64,000 nucleotides of DNA from Escherichia coli (GTDB taxonomy: Bacteria > Pseudomonadota > Gammaproteobacteria > Enterobacterales > Enterobacteriaceae): NCBI RefSeq assembly GCF_050920415.1, contig NZ_CP169309.1; one strand, written 5' to 3'. Of this stretch, positions 1 through 10,044 are shown one piece after another. Numbering within the stretch: position 1 is the first letter of the stretch; the number at the start of each line of letters is the position of its first letter. The notes under the pieces were generated by a model that was not told the origin of the DNA, made no database searches, and was given only the letters and a program-made list of their open reading frames with translations. Both the position numbers and the translations under genes were made by a program.

Positions 1-51
1 GCGCCATTTCAGCCGATGCGAATGCAGTTTTTCATTAATGAGCACACTCAT
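1..51 (-). CDS. tauC: Taurine ABC transporter permease TauC, first 17 codons only (gene continues beyond window start)
   Basis: Reverse-strand ATG at 49-51 overlaps the tauB stop; translation [17 protein letters not shown] matches a TauC N-terminus; expected operon position after tauB. Confidence 0.6.
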   Translation of the reverse strand, partial: MSVLINEKLHSHRLKWR

Positions 52-815
52 GAGAACGCCTCCCGTTGCTCAAATACGCGGCTTAAAACATATTCGCGCA
101 TGGCGATGAATTGTGGATCGGACTTGATGCTGCGGCTCGGTTCCCCGGCAACAAAGCGGCGGGCGAAGTTGAGCGGCAGGCGTTCCAGCACGCGGCCTGG
201 GCCGGGTGAAAGCAGAACCAGTTCAGTCGCCATAAACACCGCTTCTTCTATATCGTGGGTAATCAACAGCACCTGCTTGCCCGTCTCCTGCCAGAGTTTC
301 AGCAGCAGGGTTTGCATCTGGTCGCGGGTGAAGGCGTCCAGCGCGCCAAACGGTTCGTCGAGTAATAACAGCTGGGGATTTGCCGCCAGCGCGCGGGCAA
401 TCCCCACCCGCTGACGTTGACCACCGGAAAGCTGCCAGATGTAGCGTTTTTCTGCGCCTTCCAGCCCCACTTTTTTCACCATCTGGTGTGCGATTTCCAG
501 TCGCTGCATTTTCTCTACACCTGCCAGTTGCAGGCCGAACGCCACGTTGTCCTGTACATTGCGCCACGGTAACAGCCCTTCATTCTGAAAAACTACGCCA
601 CGCTCTGCTCCCGGTCCCTGAATACCCTTACCCGCCAGTTGAATGCTGCCATGCTGATAAGGCACAAAACCAGCAATCAAATTCAGCAACGTAGTTTTGC
701 CGCAGCCAGACGGCCCCAGCACCACCAGAAGCTCGCCGCTTTCCAGCGTCAGGTTGATATCTTCCAGCGCCGGTTTGCCGCCATAATCGGCATAGAGATG
801 AGAGACTTGCAGCAT
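48..815 (-). CDS. tauB: Taurine ABC transporter ATP-binding protein
   Basis: 255 aa ORF with Walker [13 protein letters not shown] signature LSGGQRQR and Walker B LLLDEP; near-identical to TauB as recalled; directly downstream of tauA. Confidence 0.95.
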   Translation of the reverse strand: MLQVSHLYADYGGKPALEDINLTLESGELLVVLGPSGCGKTTLLNLIAGFVPYQHGSIQLAGKGIQGPGAERGVVFQNEGLLPWRNVQDNVAFGLQLAGVEKMQRLEIAHQMVKKVGLEGAEKRYIWQLSGGQRQRVGIARALAANPQLLLLDEPFGALDAFTRDQMQTLLLKLWQETGKQVLLITHDIEEAVFMATELVLLSPGPGRVLERLPLNFARRFVAGEPSRSIKSDPQFIAMREYVLSRVFEQREAFS

Positions 816-827
816 TTTCGTCTCCTT

Positions 828-1790
828 TTATTGCACAAAGCGTGAGGTAACGTACTGGCTGTAATCCTTCGCCACAGCGGGAACTTTGCCCTGATCTTTC
901 AAAAACTGGGCGGTATCGATGATCGCTTTGTTCACCGGTCCAGTCAGTTCTGCCGTTTGTTGCTGCGGCGTCAGATAGGTGTTTCCTTTAACCAGCCCCG
1001 GAACGTCACCTTCCGGCACACCGCTTAAACGCGCCAGTTTGCTGATGTTTTCCGGCTGTTTCAGCCACGCGTCTGGGTTAGCAATGTACGGTTGCTGAGC
1101 ATCGATGGCGCTTTTAGCGAACGCTTTCACTACCTCAGGATGTTTCTCGGCAAAATCTTTGCGCACTACCCAAACATCCAGCGTTGGCGCGCCCCACTGC
1201 CCGACCTGTTCAGAATCGGTCAGCACCTTGCCGTCTTTTTCCAGTGCGTTAACCGCCGGTGCCCAGACATAAGCACCATCAATGTCTCCCCGCTGCCAGG
1301 CGGCGATAATCGCAGGCGGCTGCAGGTTCACAATCTCCACTTGCCCGGGTTTAATGCCCCAGTGTTTCAGCGCCGCCAGCAAGCTGTAATGCGTGGTGGA
1401 GATAAACGGTACGGCAATGCGTTTGCCAATCAGATCTTCCGGTTTGCTGATGGTTTTCTTCACCACCAGCGCTTCGGAGTTACCCAGTTTTGACGCCAGC
1501 AAGAAGACTTCAATCGGCACCTGTTGGCTGGCTGCAACCGCTAATGGGCTGGAACCGAGGTTGCCGATTTGCACATCGCCTGAAGCCAGCGCCCGCACGA
1601 TGCTGGCTCCGCTGTCAAACTTGCGCCAGTCCACCGTCGCCCCGCTCTCTTTAGCAAAGGTGTTATCAGCCTGAGCTACTTTCGCCGGTTCAGCGGAGGT
1701 TTGATAGGCCACGGTGACGTTCACCGCCTGTGCCTGAAAAGCGATGAATGCCAGTGCGGCAAGAAGTGTGTTACGCGATGAAATTGCCAT
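828..1790 (-). CDS. tauA: Taurine ABC transporter periplasmic binding protein
   Basis: 320 aa ORF with N-terminal signal peptide; SsuA/TauA family; matches TauA length and sequence as recalled. Confidence 0.95.
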   Translation of the reverse strand: MAISSRNTLLAALAFIAFQAQAVNVTVAYQTSAEPAKVAQADNTFAKESGATVDWRKFDSGASIVRALASGDVQIGNLGSSPLAVAASQQVPIEVFLLASKLGNSEALVVKKTISKPEDLIGKRIAVPFISTTHYSLLAALKHWGIKPGQVEIVNLQPPAIIAAWQRGDIDGAYVWAPAVNALEKDGKVLTDSEQVGQWGAPTLDVWVVRKDFAEKHPEVVKAFAKSAIDAQQPYIANPDAWLKQPENISKLARLSGVPEGDVPGLVKGNTYLTPQQQTAELTGPVNKAIIDTAQFLKDQGKVPAVAKDYSQYVTSRFVQ

Positions 1791-2092
1791 GATTGTCTGC
1801 TCCCCTGTCTTGTTATGGGAGCAGTATTTCGTTGCTGGTCAGTTTGATAAAGGAATTAAAACGTCTTGTTAAGAACAAAGCGTTTTTAGAAAAAAACTGG
1901 CAATGGTTAGCGAGTTTACGCATTTTGCAGCTTGGGCGAATGTAGCATGCCGATTCACAAACCAGATCAGATGTTCGCGCTCCGGCAAATTATTGCCATT
2001 TTGTTACATCCATTCCATATCTGTCGCTGGTTGATTGCCAGCGACGCGCCGTGATGCATGATAGGAGAATGAGATAATAAGAGAAGAAAAGT

Positions 2093-2722
2093 ATGATTAG
2101 GGTTGTGCTGGTGGATGACCATGTGGTGGTGCGCTCTGGCTTCGCACAGTTACTCTCTCTGGAAGACGATCTGGAGGTCATTGGTCAGTACAGTTGTGCC
2201 GCGCAGGCATGGTCGGCATTAACTCATAATGACGTTAATGTTGCCGTCATTGATATCGCCATGCCGGACGAAAATGGCCTCAGTCTGCTTAAGCGCCTGC
2301 GTGCACAAAAACCGCAATTTCGCGCCATTATTCTTAGCATTTATGACGCGCCCACCTTTGTGCAAAGCGCGCTGGATGCCGGTGCCAGCGGCTATTTGAC
2401 CAAACGCTGTGGGCCGGAAGAGTTAGTACAGGCGGTGCGCTCGGTCGGGCTGGGCGGGCATTATCTCTGTGCCGATGCAATTCGGGCTTTACGCGGCGGC
2501 GGGCAACCTGCCCAGGCGCTGGAAATTCTCACCCCACGAGAACGTGAAGTGTTTGATTTACTGGTCAAAGGAGACAGCGTTAAAGAGATCGCCTTTAAAC
2601 TCGAACTCAGTCATAAAACGGTACATGTGCATCGCGCCAATGTGCTGGGAAAACTGAACTGCCATAGCACCATTGAACTGGTACATTTTGCGCTCGACCA
2701 CCATCTGCTGGCGGGGCATTAA
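2093..2722 (+). CDS. NarL/UhpA-family response regulator (receiver + LuxR-type HTH), UhpA paralog
   Basis: 209 aa; receiver motifs VLVDDH and DIAMPDENG; C-terminal LuxR HTH (LTPREREVFDLL...KTVHVHRANVLGKL); roughly 50% identity to UhpA by eye; stop overlaps the kinase start (TAATG). Confidence 0.85.
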   Translation: MIRVVLVDDHVVVRSGFAQLLSLEDDLEVIGQYSCAAQAWSALTHNDVNVAVIDIAMPDENGLSLLKRLRAQKPQFRAIILSIYDAPTFVQSALDAGASGYLTKRCGPEELVQAVRSVGLGGHYLCADAIRALRGGGQPAQALEILTPREREVFDLLVKGDSVKEIAFKLELSHKTVHVHRANVLGKLNCHSTIELVHFALDHHLLAGH

Positions 2723-4263
2723 TGTCGCGTAACCTTCGTCATTGGGTGATTTCGCTGTTTATTGTGCTGGCCTGGGGAAGCGGCTGGCTGATGTTGTGGA
2801 CGCTCAGCTTTTATCTGACCAATAACGGTCAACAGGCAGTGTTATTTCTGCCGCACGGAGTTTACCTCGCTCTTCTTATTTTGCTCTCTCGCCGTTACTG
2901 GCCTGCGTTGGTGCACCCCCCTTTGCTGATGATGTTCTGGCTGCACAGCGAGCAACTGTTGAACGGCTATCTCATGCTGGCAACGCCGGTTATTAGCCTG
3001 CTTCCTGCCATCCTTGCACAAAACGTCTGGCACCGTTTTCCACTTTACTGGCAGCGTCTGACGTTGCTGTTAGCCTCAGTAACAGCAGCTTCATTGCTGA
3101 ATACAGCCATGCTAACCCCTTTTATGTCAGGCCCAATAATGCTGCCCGGTCTGACCTCATTTACCGGCAGCGTATTGTTGACGCCGTTTGTCTATCTCAT
3201 CTTTGAGTTTCTGCGCCAGCAGCATCGCTATCAGCTTCTGAGACTCGATACGCATAATCCCCCCTTGCGAACCTCTTTAATCATCTGGTGTAGCCTATTT
3301 TTTATTATTGGTATCGGCACCCAGATGGTGTTGTCGCCTGAAATCGAACGCCTGCTGCTGATCGTGGTATTTCTACCCAATGTGGTCATGGCCTGGAAAT
3401 TTGGCTGGCAAGGTGGCGTACTCTCGGGGCTTTTGGGCAGCATGATGATCACTATTGCCCGCCAGATTGGCGTGGGCTTTAGTAACCTGGTGGAACTGGA
3501 GATTTTTCTCGCAACCCAGGCATTGCTGGGAATTGGCCTGGGCATTGCCATCAGTCGCCAGCAACATCTGGCGCTAAACCTGCATCATTACCGTCAGCGA
3601 CTGGAGGCAGAACTGGCAGCACGGCGGGCATTGGCTGAAAAGCTGATCCACACCGAGGAAGACACGCGTAAAAGCCTGGCTCGCGAGCTGCACGACGAAA
3701 TCGGTCAGAACATTACCGCCATTCAGATCCAGTCGCAACTGGTGACGCGGGCACGCGATCCGGCGCAAGTTCATTCCGCAGCTAGCCAAATCAACGAACT
3801 CGCCCGCCGCATTCATCTCTCCACCCGCCAGTTGCTGCGCCAGTTGCGGCCACCCGCGCTTGATGAACTGACATTCCGCGAAGCATTACTTCATCTGATT
3901 AATGAATTTGCCTTTAGTGAACGCGGCATTCATTGCCAGTTTACCTATCAACTAACCACCACGCCAGAAAACGAAACGGTTCGCTTTACACTGTATCGGT
4001 TATTGCAGGAGTTACTCAATAACGTCTGTAAACACGCCGAAGCCAGCGAAGTGACGATTATTCTGCGCCAGCAGGGAGAGATATTGCACCTGGAGGTCAG
4101 CGACAACGGTATAGGAATCGCCAGCGGGAAAATGACCGGATTTGGCATTCAGGGGATGCGTGAACGCATCAGTGCCCTGGGCGGCGACTTAACGCTCGAA
4201 AAACATAACGGTACGCGGGTAATTGTTAACCTGCCCACATTTTTGCAACAAATCGCCGGATAA
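2722..4263 (+). CDS. Sensor histidine kinase, UhpB-like (membrane MASE1-type N-terminus, HisKA_3 H-box, HATPase)
   Basis: 513 aa; multi-TM N-terminal half; H-box ELHDEIGQNITAI; ATPase motifs DNGIGI and GFGIQGMRER; translationally coupled to the upstream regulator. Confidence 0.85.
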   Translation: MSRNLRHWVISLFIVLAWGSGWLMLWTLSFYLTNNGQQAVLFLPHGVYLALLILLSRRYWPALVHPPLLMMFWLHSEQLLNGYLMLATPVISLLPAILAQNVWHRFPLYWQRLTLLLASVTAASLLNTAMLTPFMSGPIMLPGLTSFTGSVLLTPFVYLIFEFLRQQHRYQLLRLDTHNPPLRTSLIIWCSLFFIIGIGTQMVLSPEIERLLLIVVFLPNVVMAWKFGWQGGVLSGLLGSMMITIARQIGVGFSNLVELEIFLATQALLGIGLGIAISRQQHLALNLHHYRQRLEAELAARRALAEKLIHTEEDTRKSLARELHDEIGQNITAIQIQSQLVTRARDPAQVHSAASQINELARRIHLSTRQLLRQLRPPALDELTFREALLHLINEFAFSERGIHCQFTYQLTTTPENETVRFTLYRLLQELLNNVCKHAEASEVTIILRQQGEILHLEVSDNGIGIASGKMTGFGIQGMRERISALGGDLTLEKHNGTRVIVNLPTFLQQIAG

Positions 4264-4347
4264 CCAGGAAAAAGTCTTAGGCATCCCGGATTTTCTCTCA
4301 TCCTCTTTCACTTTCATTTTCATATAGTCAGCAACATGGAGACGACC

Positions 4348-5652
4348 ATGCACGCGCGTTCAGCGAGAGAGATTAATCAATGCTACCGGACATTACGTCC
4401 GCGATTGCTGATGTGCATGATTATTGGCTACGCCGCATTTTATCTGACGCGAAAAAGCGTGAATTACGTCCTTCCGGCGCTGCAAACCGACCTCGGACTG
4501 GATAAAGGCGACATTGGCCTGCTGGGTTCGCTGTTTTATCTCAGCTACGGATTGTCGAAATTTACCGCCGGACTGTGGCATGACAGCCACGGACAACGCG
4601 GTTTTATGGGCGTCGGCTTGTTCGCCACTGGGCTATTGAACGTGGTGTTTGCCTTTGGCGAATCACTTACGCTTCTGCTTGTGGTCTGGACACTGAACGG
4701 ATTTTTTCAAGGCTGGGGGTGGCCACCGTGTGCCCGCTTACTGACCCATTGGTACTCCCGTAATGAACGTGGTTTCTGGTGGGGCTGCTGGAATATGTCG
4801 ATCAACATTGGCGGAGCGATTATTCCGCTGATTAGCGCCTTTGCCGCCCACTGGTGGGGCTGGCAGGCCGCGATGCTGACACCGGGGATTATCAGCATGG
4901 CATTAGGGATCTGGTTAACGCTACAGCTTAAAGGCACCCCCCAGGAAGAGGGATTACCGACGGTGGGTCAGTGGCGTCACGATCCGCTGGAATTACGTCA
5001 GGAACAACAAAGTCCGCCGATGGGGCTGTGGCAAATGTTGCGCACCACAATGCTGCAAAATCCGATGATCTGGCTGCTGGGTGTCTCTTATGTACTGGTT
5101 TATGTGATCCGGATTGCGTTAAACGACTGGGGCAATATCTGGCTGACGGAAAGCCACGGCGTCAACCTACTCAGCGCCAACGCCACGGTAATGCTGTTTG
5201 AAGTGGGCGGCTTACTCGGCGCGTTATTTGCCGGATGGGGTTCGGATTTGCTGTTTAGCGGGCAGCGAGCCCCCATGATTTTGCTGTTTACCCTGGGGTT
5301 GATGGTTTCGGTCGCTGCACTCTGGTTGGCACCGGTTCATCACTATGCCCTTCTGGCTGTGTGCTTTTTTACTGTGGGCTTTTTTGTCTTTGGCCCGCAA
5401 ATGCTGATTGGACTTGCGGCAGTGGAATGTGGACACAAAGCTGCGGCGGGTTCAATCACCGGATTTCTCGGTCTGTTCGCCTATCTCGGTGCGGCGCTGG
5501 CAGGCTGGCCATTGTCGCTGGTTATCGAACGCTACGGCTGGTCAGGAATGTTCAGTTTACTCTCGGTCGCCGCAGTACTTATGGGTTTACTGCTGATGCC
5601 GTTACTGATGGCGGGCATCACCACCACTCACGCTCGAAGGATAAAACAATGA
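4348..5652 (+). CDS. MFS organophosphate:phosphate antiporter-family protein, UhpC-like sensor/transporter
   Basis: 12-TM MFS with strong similarity to UhpC/UhpT family (e.g. FGPQMLIG..AAVEC, GFLGLFAYLGAALAGWPL); start chosen at ATG 4348 with GGAG 6 nt upstream; in-frame alternative ATG at 4336. Confidence 0.85.
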   Translation: MHARSAREINQCYRTLRPRLLMCMIIGYAAFYLTRKSVNYVLPALQTDLGLDKGDIGLLGSLFYLSYGLSKFTAGLWHDSHGQRGFMGVGLFATGLLNVVFAFGESLTLLLVVWTLNGFFQGWGWPPCARLLTHWYSRNERGFWWGCWNMSINIGGAIIPLISAFAAHWWGWQAAMLTPGIISMALGIWLTLQLKGTPQEEGLPTVGQWRHDPLELRQEQQSPPMGLWQMLRTTMLQNPMIWLLGVSYVLVYVIRIALNDWGNIWLTESHGVNLLSANATVMLFEVGGLLGALFAGWGSDLLFSGQRAPMILLFTLGLMVSVAALWLAPVHHYALLAVCFFTVGFFVFGPQMLIGLAAVECGHKAAAGSITGFLGLFAYLGAALAGWPLSLVIERYGWSGMFSLLSVAAVLMGLLLMPLLMAGITTTHARRIKQ

Positions 5653-6680
5653 AAATGCCCCTTACCTCTACTCTGATTGCTTCTGCCGTTGCGCTGGCAA
5701 CCTTAACGGGTGCCGCACAAGCGAAAGGTCGACTGGTGGTCTATTGCAGCGCCACCAATGAAATGTGTGAGACCGAAACCAAAGCGTTTGGCGAGAAATA
5801 TGATGTGAAAACCTCGTTTATCCGCAACGGCTCCGGTAGCACCCTGGCAAAAGTCGATGCTGAAAAGAAAAACCCACAGGCTGACGTCTGGTACGGCGGC
5901 ACCTTAGACCCGCAGTCGCAGGCCGGCGAGATGGGTCTGTTACAGGCATATAAATCGCCTAACCTTGAACAGATCATGGAAAAATTCCGCGATCCGGCAA
6001 AAGTGAAAGGAAACCTTTCCTCCGCCGTTTATGTGGGGATCCTCGGGTTTGGCGTCAACACAGAGCGTCTGAAAGAGAAAAACCTGCCTGTGCCGAAGTG
6101 CTGGAAAGATCTCACCAAACCTGAATATAAAGGCGAAATTCAGATTGCCGATCCACAAAGTTCCGGTACCGCCTACACCGCGCTGGCTACCTTTGCGCAG
6201 CTGTGGGGGGAAGATCAGGCCTTTGATTATCTAAAACAACTTAACACCAACGTCTCCCAGTACACCAAATCAGGCATTGCCCCGGCACGTAACGCCGCCC
6301 GCGGCGAAACGGCGATTGGTATTGGTTTCCTGCATGACTACTCGCTGGAAAAAGAACAGGGCGCACCACTGGAGTTGATTTCCCCGTGTGAAGGTACGGG
6401 CTACGAAATTGGCGGCGTCAGCATTCTGAAAGGCGCGCGCAACCTCGACAACGCCAAACTGTTTGTGGACTGGGTATTATCAAAAGAAGCTCAGGAACTG
6501 GCGTGGAAGAAAGGGAAGTCTTATCAGATCCTGACCAATACCACCGCCGAAACGTCGCCAAATTCGCTGAAGCTCGACGACCTGAAATTAATCAACTACG
6601 ACATGGATAAATACGGTTCCACGGATGTTCGTAAGGCATTGATTAATAAATGGGTCAGCGAAGTGAAGATGGGTAAATAA
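5649..6680 (+). CDS. afuA: Periplasmic substrate-binding protein, FbpA/AfuA family (putative sugar-phosphate binding)
   Basis: Start ATG 5649 overlaps MFS stop (ATGA) with AAGGA 7 nt upstream; signal peptide MKMPLTSTLIASAVALATLTGAAQA; FbpA-fold family; track ORF 5361 is an upstream in-frame extension that overlaps the MFS gene. Confidence 0.8.
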   Translation: MKMPLTSTLIASAVALATLTGAAQAKGRLVVYCSATNEMCETETKAFGEKYDVKTSFIRNGSGSTLAKVDAEKKNPQADVWYGGTLDPQSQAGEMGLLQAYKSPNLEQIMEKFRDPAKVKGNLSSAVYVGILGFGVNTERLKEKNLPVPKCWKDLTKPEYKGEIQIADPQSSGTAYTALATFAQLWGEDQAFDYLKQLNTNVSQYTKSGIAPARNAARGETAIGIGFLHDYSLEKEQGAPLELISPCEGTGYEIGGVSILKGARNLDNAKLFVDWVLSKEAQELAWKKGKSYQILTNTTAETSPNSLKLDDLKLINYDMDKYGSTDVRKALINKWVSEVKMGK

Positions 6681-6748
6681 ACCCGCATTGCGTGCATTTG
6701 CCGGGCGCAGCACAAACGCCTGCCCCGGCCAACCATACCGGAACTGCT

Positions 6749-8827
6749 ATGTCACAGACACTTGCACTCCATCCCGTGAAAAAGCGGGATGCGATTTTCC
6801 TTTGGGTTTTGCTGGGCTGGCTGGCATTTATCCTGTTGCCGAGCTGGAGTCTCGATTATGGTCTGCTGGAGTCCACGAGTGATGAGATCCTCGAGGCGTA
6901 CAGCTGGTCGCATTTTAATATCAGCTGGCTGTGGTATTTACTCCCGAGTTTGCTGCTGGTTCGCCCGTTTAATGAGGCCAAACGCGAGCAGCGTAGCCGT
7001 CATTATTTTGATGCCGGCTGGGCATTGCTTTGTTTAGCGTTTATGGTCATCAGTGCCACCATCGTTGGCCGCGGTCTAGGCTACGCCGCCATCGTGCTGT
7101 TTATCGAATTAAGCGCGATAATGACGCTGGCCTTAACCCGCCTCGAATGGCTGGGTGGCGACCGCTTTGTGATCGGCTCGCTGATTGCGATTGTGGCGCT
7201 GATTGGCATTTTTATCGTCTGGCCGAGCATCGCCATTTTTATCCCGATGTTCACCAACGACGCGGGAGGGTTCGCCCCACTGGCGTTTATGAATGTGCTC
7301 TCGCAGGCACATATTGTTCAGGTGATCGTCAACTCCATCGTCTTATCGATAGCGGTGGGTATTGGCTGTACTTTCTTCGGTCTGGTGCTGGCGATATATA
7401 CCACGCGCATCGCCAAACGCAGCGCCGTAATCGGCCGCATCTTTTCCATTCTGCCAATTGTCACGCCACCGTTTGTGGTCGGCTTAGGCGTTACGCTCAT
7501 GATGGGGCGCTCCGGCTACATAACGGAATTTATGGTGGAGTGGTTTGGGCTGACCAACACCAACTGGCTGTATGGTTTTACCGGGATCTGGCTGGCACAG
7601 GTCCTGGCATTCACGCCAATGGCTTTTATGATCCTTGATGGGGCCATTAAAACCATTCATCCCTCGCTGGAAGAGGCCTCCTACACCCTGCGTGCCAGCC
7701 GCTGGCAAACCTTTAACGGCGTGTTTGTGCCGTTGCTAAAGCCCGCGCTCGCCAATGCCTTTTTAATCGTCGTGGTACAGTCACTGGCTGATTTCAGTAA
7801 CCCGCTGGTGCTTGGCGGCAACTTCGACGTACTGGCGACGCAAATTTACTTCTACATTACCGGCTCGCAGCTGGATTATCAGGCCGCCAGCACCCTTGGC
7901 GCTTTCCTGCTGCTGTTCTCGCTACTGGTGTTCTGCGTCCAGTATATGTGGATTGGTAAACGCTCTTACGTCACGGTTTCCGGAAAGTCCTACCGCGGCG
8001 ATGTCCAGCCACTACCGGTCACCCTGGTGTGGAGCGTGGTCGCCATACTTGCGATATGGATTGTCTTTAACGCCCTGCTCTATGGCAGCATTTTCTACGG
8101 CAGCTTCACCGTGAACTGGGGCGTAGACTACACCCTAACGCTGGATAACTTTATCAAGTTATTTGGTCAGGGGATGAGCGACGGCGCGTGGCCTTCACTG
8201 TTAGATACCTTGCTCTACGCCGGGATTGCCGCACCCATTACCGCTATCTTTGGCCTGCTCATCGCCTGGGTGGTGGTGCGCCAACAATTCAAAGGCAAAA
8301 AGACCATCGAGTTCACCACCATGTTGTGCTTTGCCGTACCGGGTACGGTGGCGGGCGTCTCGTATATTCTCGCCTTTAACAGCGCTCCGGTTTATCTCAC
8401 CGGAACGGCGGCAATTGTGATTATCTCGATGGTGATGCGTAACGTTCCGGTGGGTATTCGCGCCGGGATTGCGGGTCTGGGGCAGATCGACAAATCGCTG
8501 GATGAAGCCTCACTTAGCCTGCGTGCGGGTTCCCTGCGAACCATTACGCACATTTTACTGCCGTTGTTACGCCCAGCTATTCTCTCGGCCCTGATTTACA
8601 GCTTTGTGCGGGCTATCACGACGGTCAGCGCCATCGTCTTTCTCGTCACGCCGGACACACGCGTGGCAACCGCCTACATCCTTAACCGCGTAGAAGACGG
8701 CGAATATGGCGTAGCCATCGCCTACGGTTCGATTCTGATCGTGGTGATGCTGGCGATTATTTTCCTCTTTGACTGGCTGATCGGTGAAGCACGTATTTCC
8801 CGTTCTAAAGCCAAAAACCAGGCGTAA
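6749..8827 (+). CDS. afuB: Fused two-domain ABC permease, FbpB/AfuB family
   Basis: About 690 aa polytopic membrane protein with duplicated permease halves typical of FbpB; start at ATG 6749 is tentative (track ORF begins at GTG 6692). Confidence 0.8.
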   Translation: MSQTLALHPVKKRDAIFLWVLLGWLAFILLPSWSLDYGLLESTSDEILEAYSWSHFNISWLWYLLPSLLLVRPFNEAKREQRSRHYFDAGWALLCLAFMVISATIVGRGLGYAAIVLFIELSAIMTLALTRLEWLGGDRFVIGSLIAIVALIGIFIVWPSIAIFIPMFTNDAGGFAPLAFMNVLSQAHIVQVIVNSIVLSIAVGIGCTFFGLVLAIYTTRIAKRSAVIGRIFSILPIVTPPFVVGLGVTLMMGRSGYITEFMVEWFGLTNTNWLYGFTGIWLAQVLAFTPMAFMILDGAIKTIHPSLEEASYTLRASRWQTFNGVFVPLLKPALANAFLIVVVQSLADFSNPLVLGGNFDVLATQIYFYITGSQLDYQAASTLGAFLLLFSLLVFCVQYMWIGKRSYVTVSGKSYRGDVQPLPVTLVWSVVAILAIWIVFNALLYGSIFYGSFTVNWGVDYTLTLDNFIKLFGQGMSDGAWPSLLDTLLYAGIAAPITAIFGLLIAWVVVRQQFKGKKTIEFTTMLCFAVPGTVAGVSYILAFNSAPVYLTGTAAIVIISMVMRNVPVGIRAGIAGLGQIDKSLDEASLSLRAGSLRTITHILLPLLRPAILSALIYSFVRAITTVSAIVFLVTPDTRVATAYILNRVEDGEYGVAIAYGSILIVVMLAIIFLFDWLIGEARISRSKAKNQA

Positions 8828-8838
8828 TGGAGCGCACT

Positions 8839-9885
8839 ATGAGTCAGAAAAATTTTGTGGAACTGCGCAACGTCACTAAACGATTCGGCAGTAATACGGT
8901 TATCGACAATATCAATCTCACCATCCCACAAGGGCAAATGGTGACGCTGCTCGGTCCTTCCGGATGCGGCAAAACCACCATTCTGCGTCTGGTTGCCGGG
9001 CTGGAAAAACCGAGCGAAGGGCAAATTTTTATAGATGGCGAAGATGTCACGCATCGTTCCATTCAGCAACGCGATATCTGCATGGTGTTTCAGTCATACG
9101 CTCTGTTCCCACATATGTCGCTGGGCGAAAACGTTGGCTATGGGCTGAAAATGCTTGGCGTGTCGCGTAGTGAAGTGAAGCAGCGGGTGAAAGATGCGCT
9201 AGCAATGGTGGATCTGGAAGGATTCGAAGACCGCTATGTCGACCAGATTTCCGGTGGTCAGCAACAGCGTGTGGCTCTGGCCCGTGCGTTGATCCTTAAG
9301 CCTAAAGTGCTGCTGTTTGATGAGCCGTTAAGTAACCTCGATGCCAACCTGCGTCGCAGCATGCGCGATAAAATCCGCGAGCTGCAAAAGCAATTTAACA
9401 TCACTTCGCTCTATGTGACTCACGATCAAAGTGAAGCTTTCGCGGTGTCCGACACCGTGTTGGTGATGAATAAAGGTCACATCATGCAGATTGGTTCACC
9501 GCAGGATCTCTATCGTCAGCCCGCCTCCCGCTTTATGGCAAGTTTTATGGGCGACGCCAACCTGTTCCCGGCGAACTTTAGCGAAGAGTATGTCGATATC
9601 TACGGTTATCGCCTGCCGCGCGCGGCGCATTTCCCGGCGCAAGGTAGCGGCACCGTCGGCGTTCGCCCGGAAGCCATCACCTTAAGCAATCACGGCGAAG
9701 AGAGTCAGCGTTGTGTTATTCGCCATGTCGCCTACATGGGGCCGCAGTACGAAGTGACCGTAGAATGGCATGGTCAGGAGATTTTATTGCAAGTCAACGC
9801 CACCCGTTTACAGCCCGATATTGGTGAGCACTATTACCTCGAAATCCATCCTTACGGGATGTTTGTTTTAGCGGATGCGGCATAA
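8839..9885 (+). CDS. afuC: ABC transporter ATP-binding protein, FbpC/AfuC family with C-terminal TOBE-like domain
   Basis: Walker [10 protein letters not shown], signature [15 protein letters not shown], Walker B LLFDEP; start ATG 8839 with GGAG 6 nt upstream; alternative ATG 8827 overlaps the afuB stop. Confidence 0.8.
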   Translation: MSQKNFVELRNVTKRFGSNTVIDNINLTIPQGQMVTLLGPSGCGKTTILRLVAGLEKPSEGQIFIDGEDVTHRSIQQRDICMVFQSYALFPHMSLGENVGYGLKMLGVSRSEVKQRVKDALAMVDLEGFEDRYVDQISGGQQQRVALARALILKPKVLLFDEPLSNLDANLRRSMRDKIRELQKQFNITSLYVTHDQSEAFAVSDTVLVMNKGHIMQIGSPQDLYRQPASRFMASFMGDANLFPANFSEEYVDIYGYRLPRAAHFPAQGSGTVGVRPEAITLSNHGEESQRCVIRHVAYMGPQYEVTVEWHGQEILLQVNATRLQPDIGEHYYLEIHPYGMFVLADAA

Positions 9886-9897
9886 AAATAGCAGATA

Positions 9898-9927
9898 AAC
9901 GGTCCCAACCTGTCTTGAGGGACCGTT
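9898..9927 (+). terminator. Hairpin downstream of afuC (possible intrinsic terminator, weak U-tract)
   Basis: Inverted repeat AACGGTCCC / GGGACCGTT with 12-nt loop, 13 nt after the afuC stop; followed by CACCTGTTT. Confidence 0.35.
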
Positions 9928-9967
9928 CACCTGTTTAAACGTCGGACAACAATTATTCTCCGGCGTT

Positions 9968-10020
9968 ATATACTATAGGGGGGTATGCATTGACATATAG
10001 CATACCCCCCTATAGTATAT
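9968..10020. promoter_or_regulatory. frmR operator/promoter: perfect 21-bp inverted repeat with G6/C6 tracts flanking a TTGACA -35
   Basis: ATATACTATAGGGGGGTATGC (9968-9988) and its exact reverse complement (10000-10020); spacer contains TTGACA (9990-9995); TAGTAT -10 candidate at 10013-10018; 25 bp upstream of frmR. Confidence 0.8.
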
Positions 10021-10044
10021 TGCGTGCAGATGATGAGGTGCGAA

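Noticed and set aside
5361-5648. Long N-terminal extension of the afuA ORF (track ORF 5361-6680, 439 aa)
   Set aside because: The extension overlaps the 3' end of the MFS gene in another frame and precedes the signal peptide; the ATG at 5649 with AAGGA upstream and an immediate signal peptide is the credible start.
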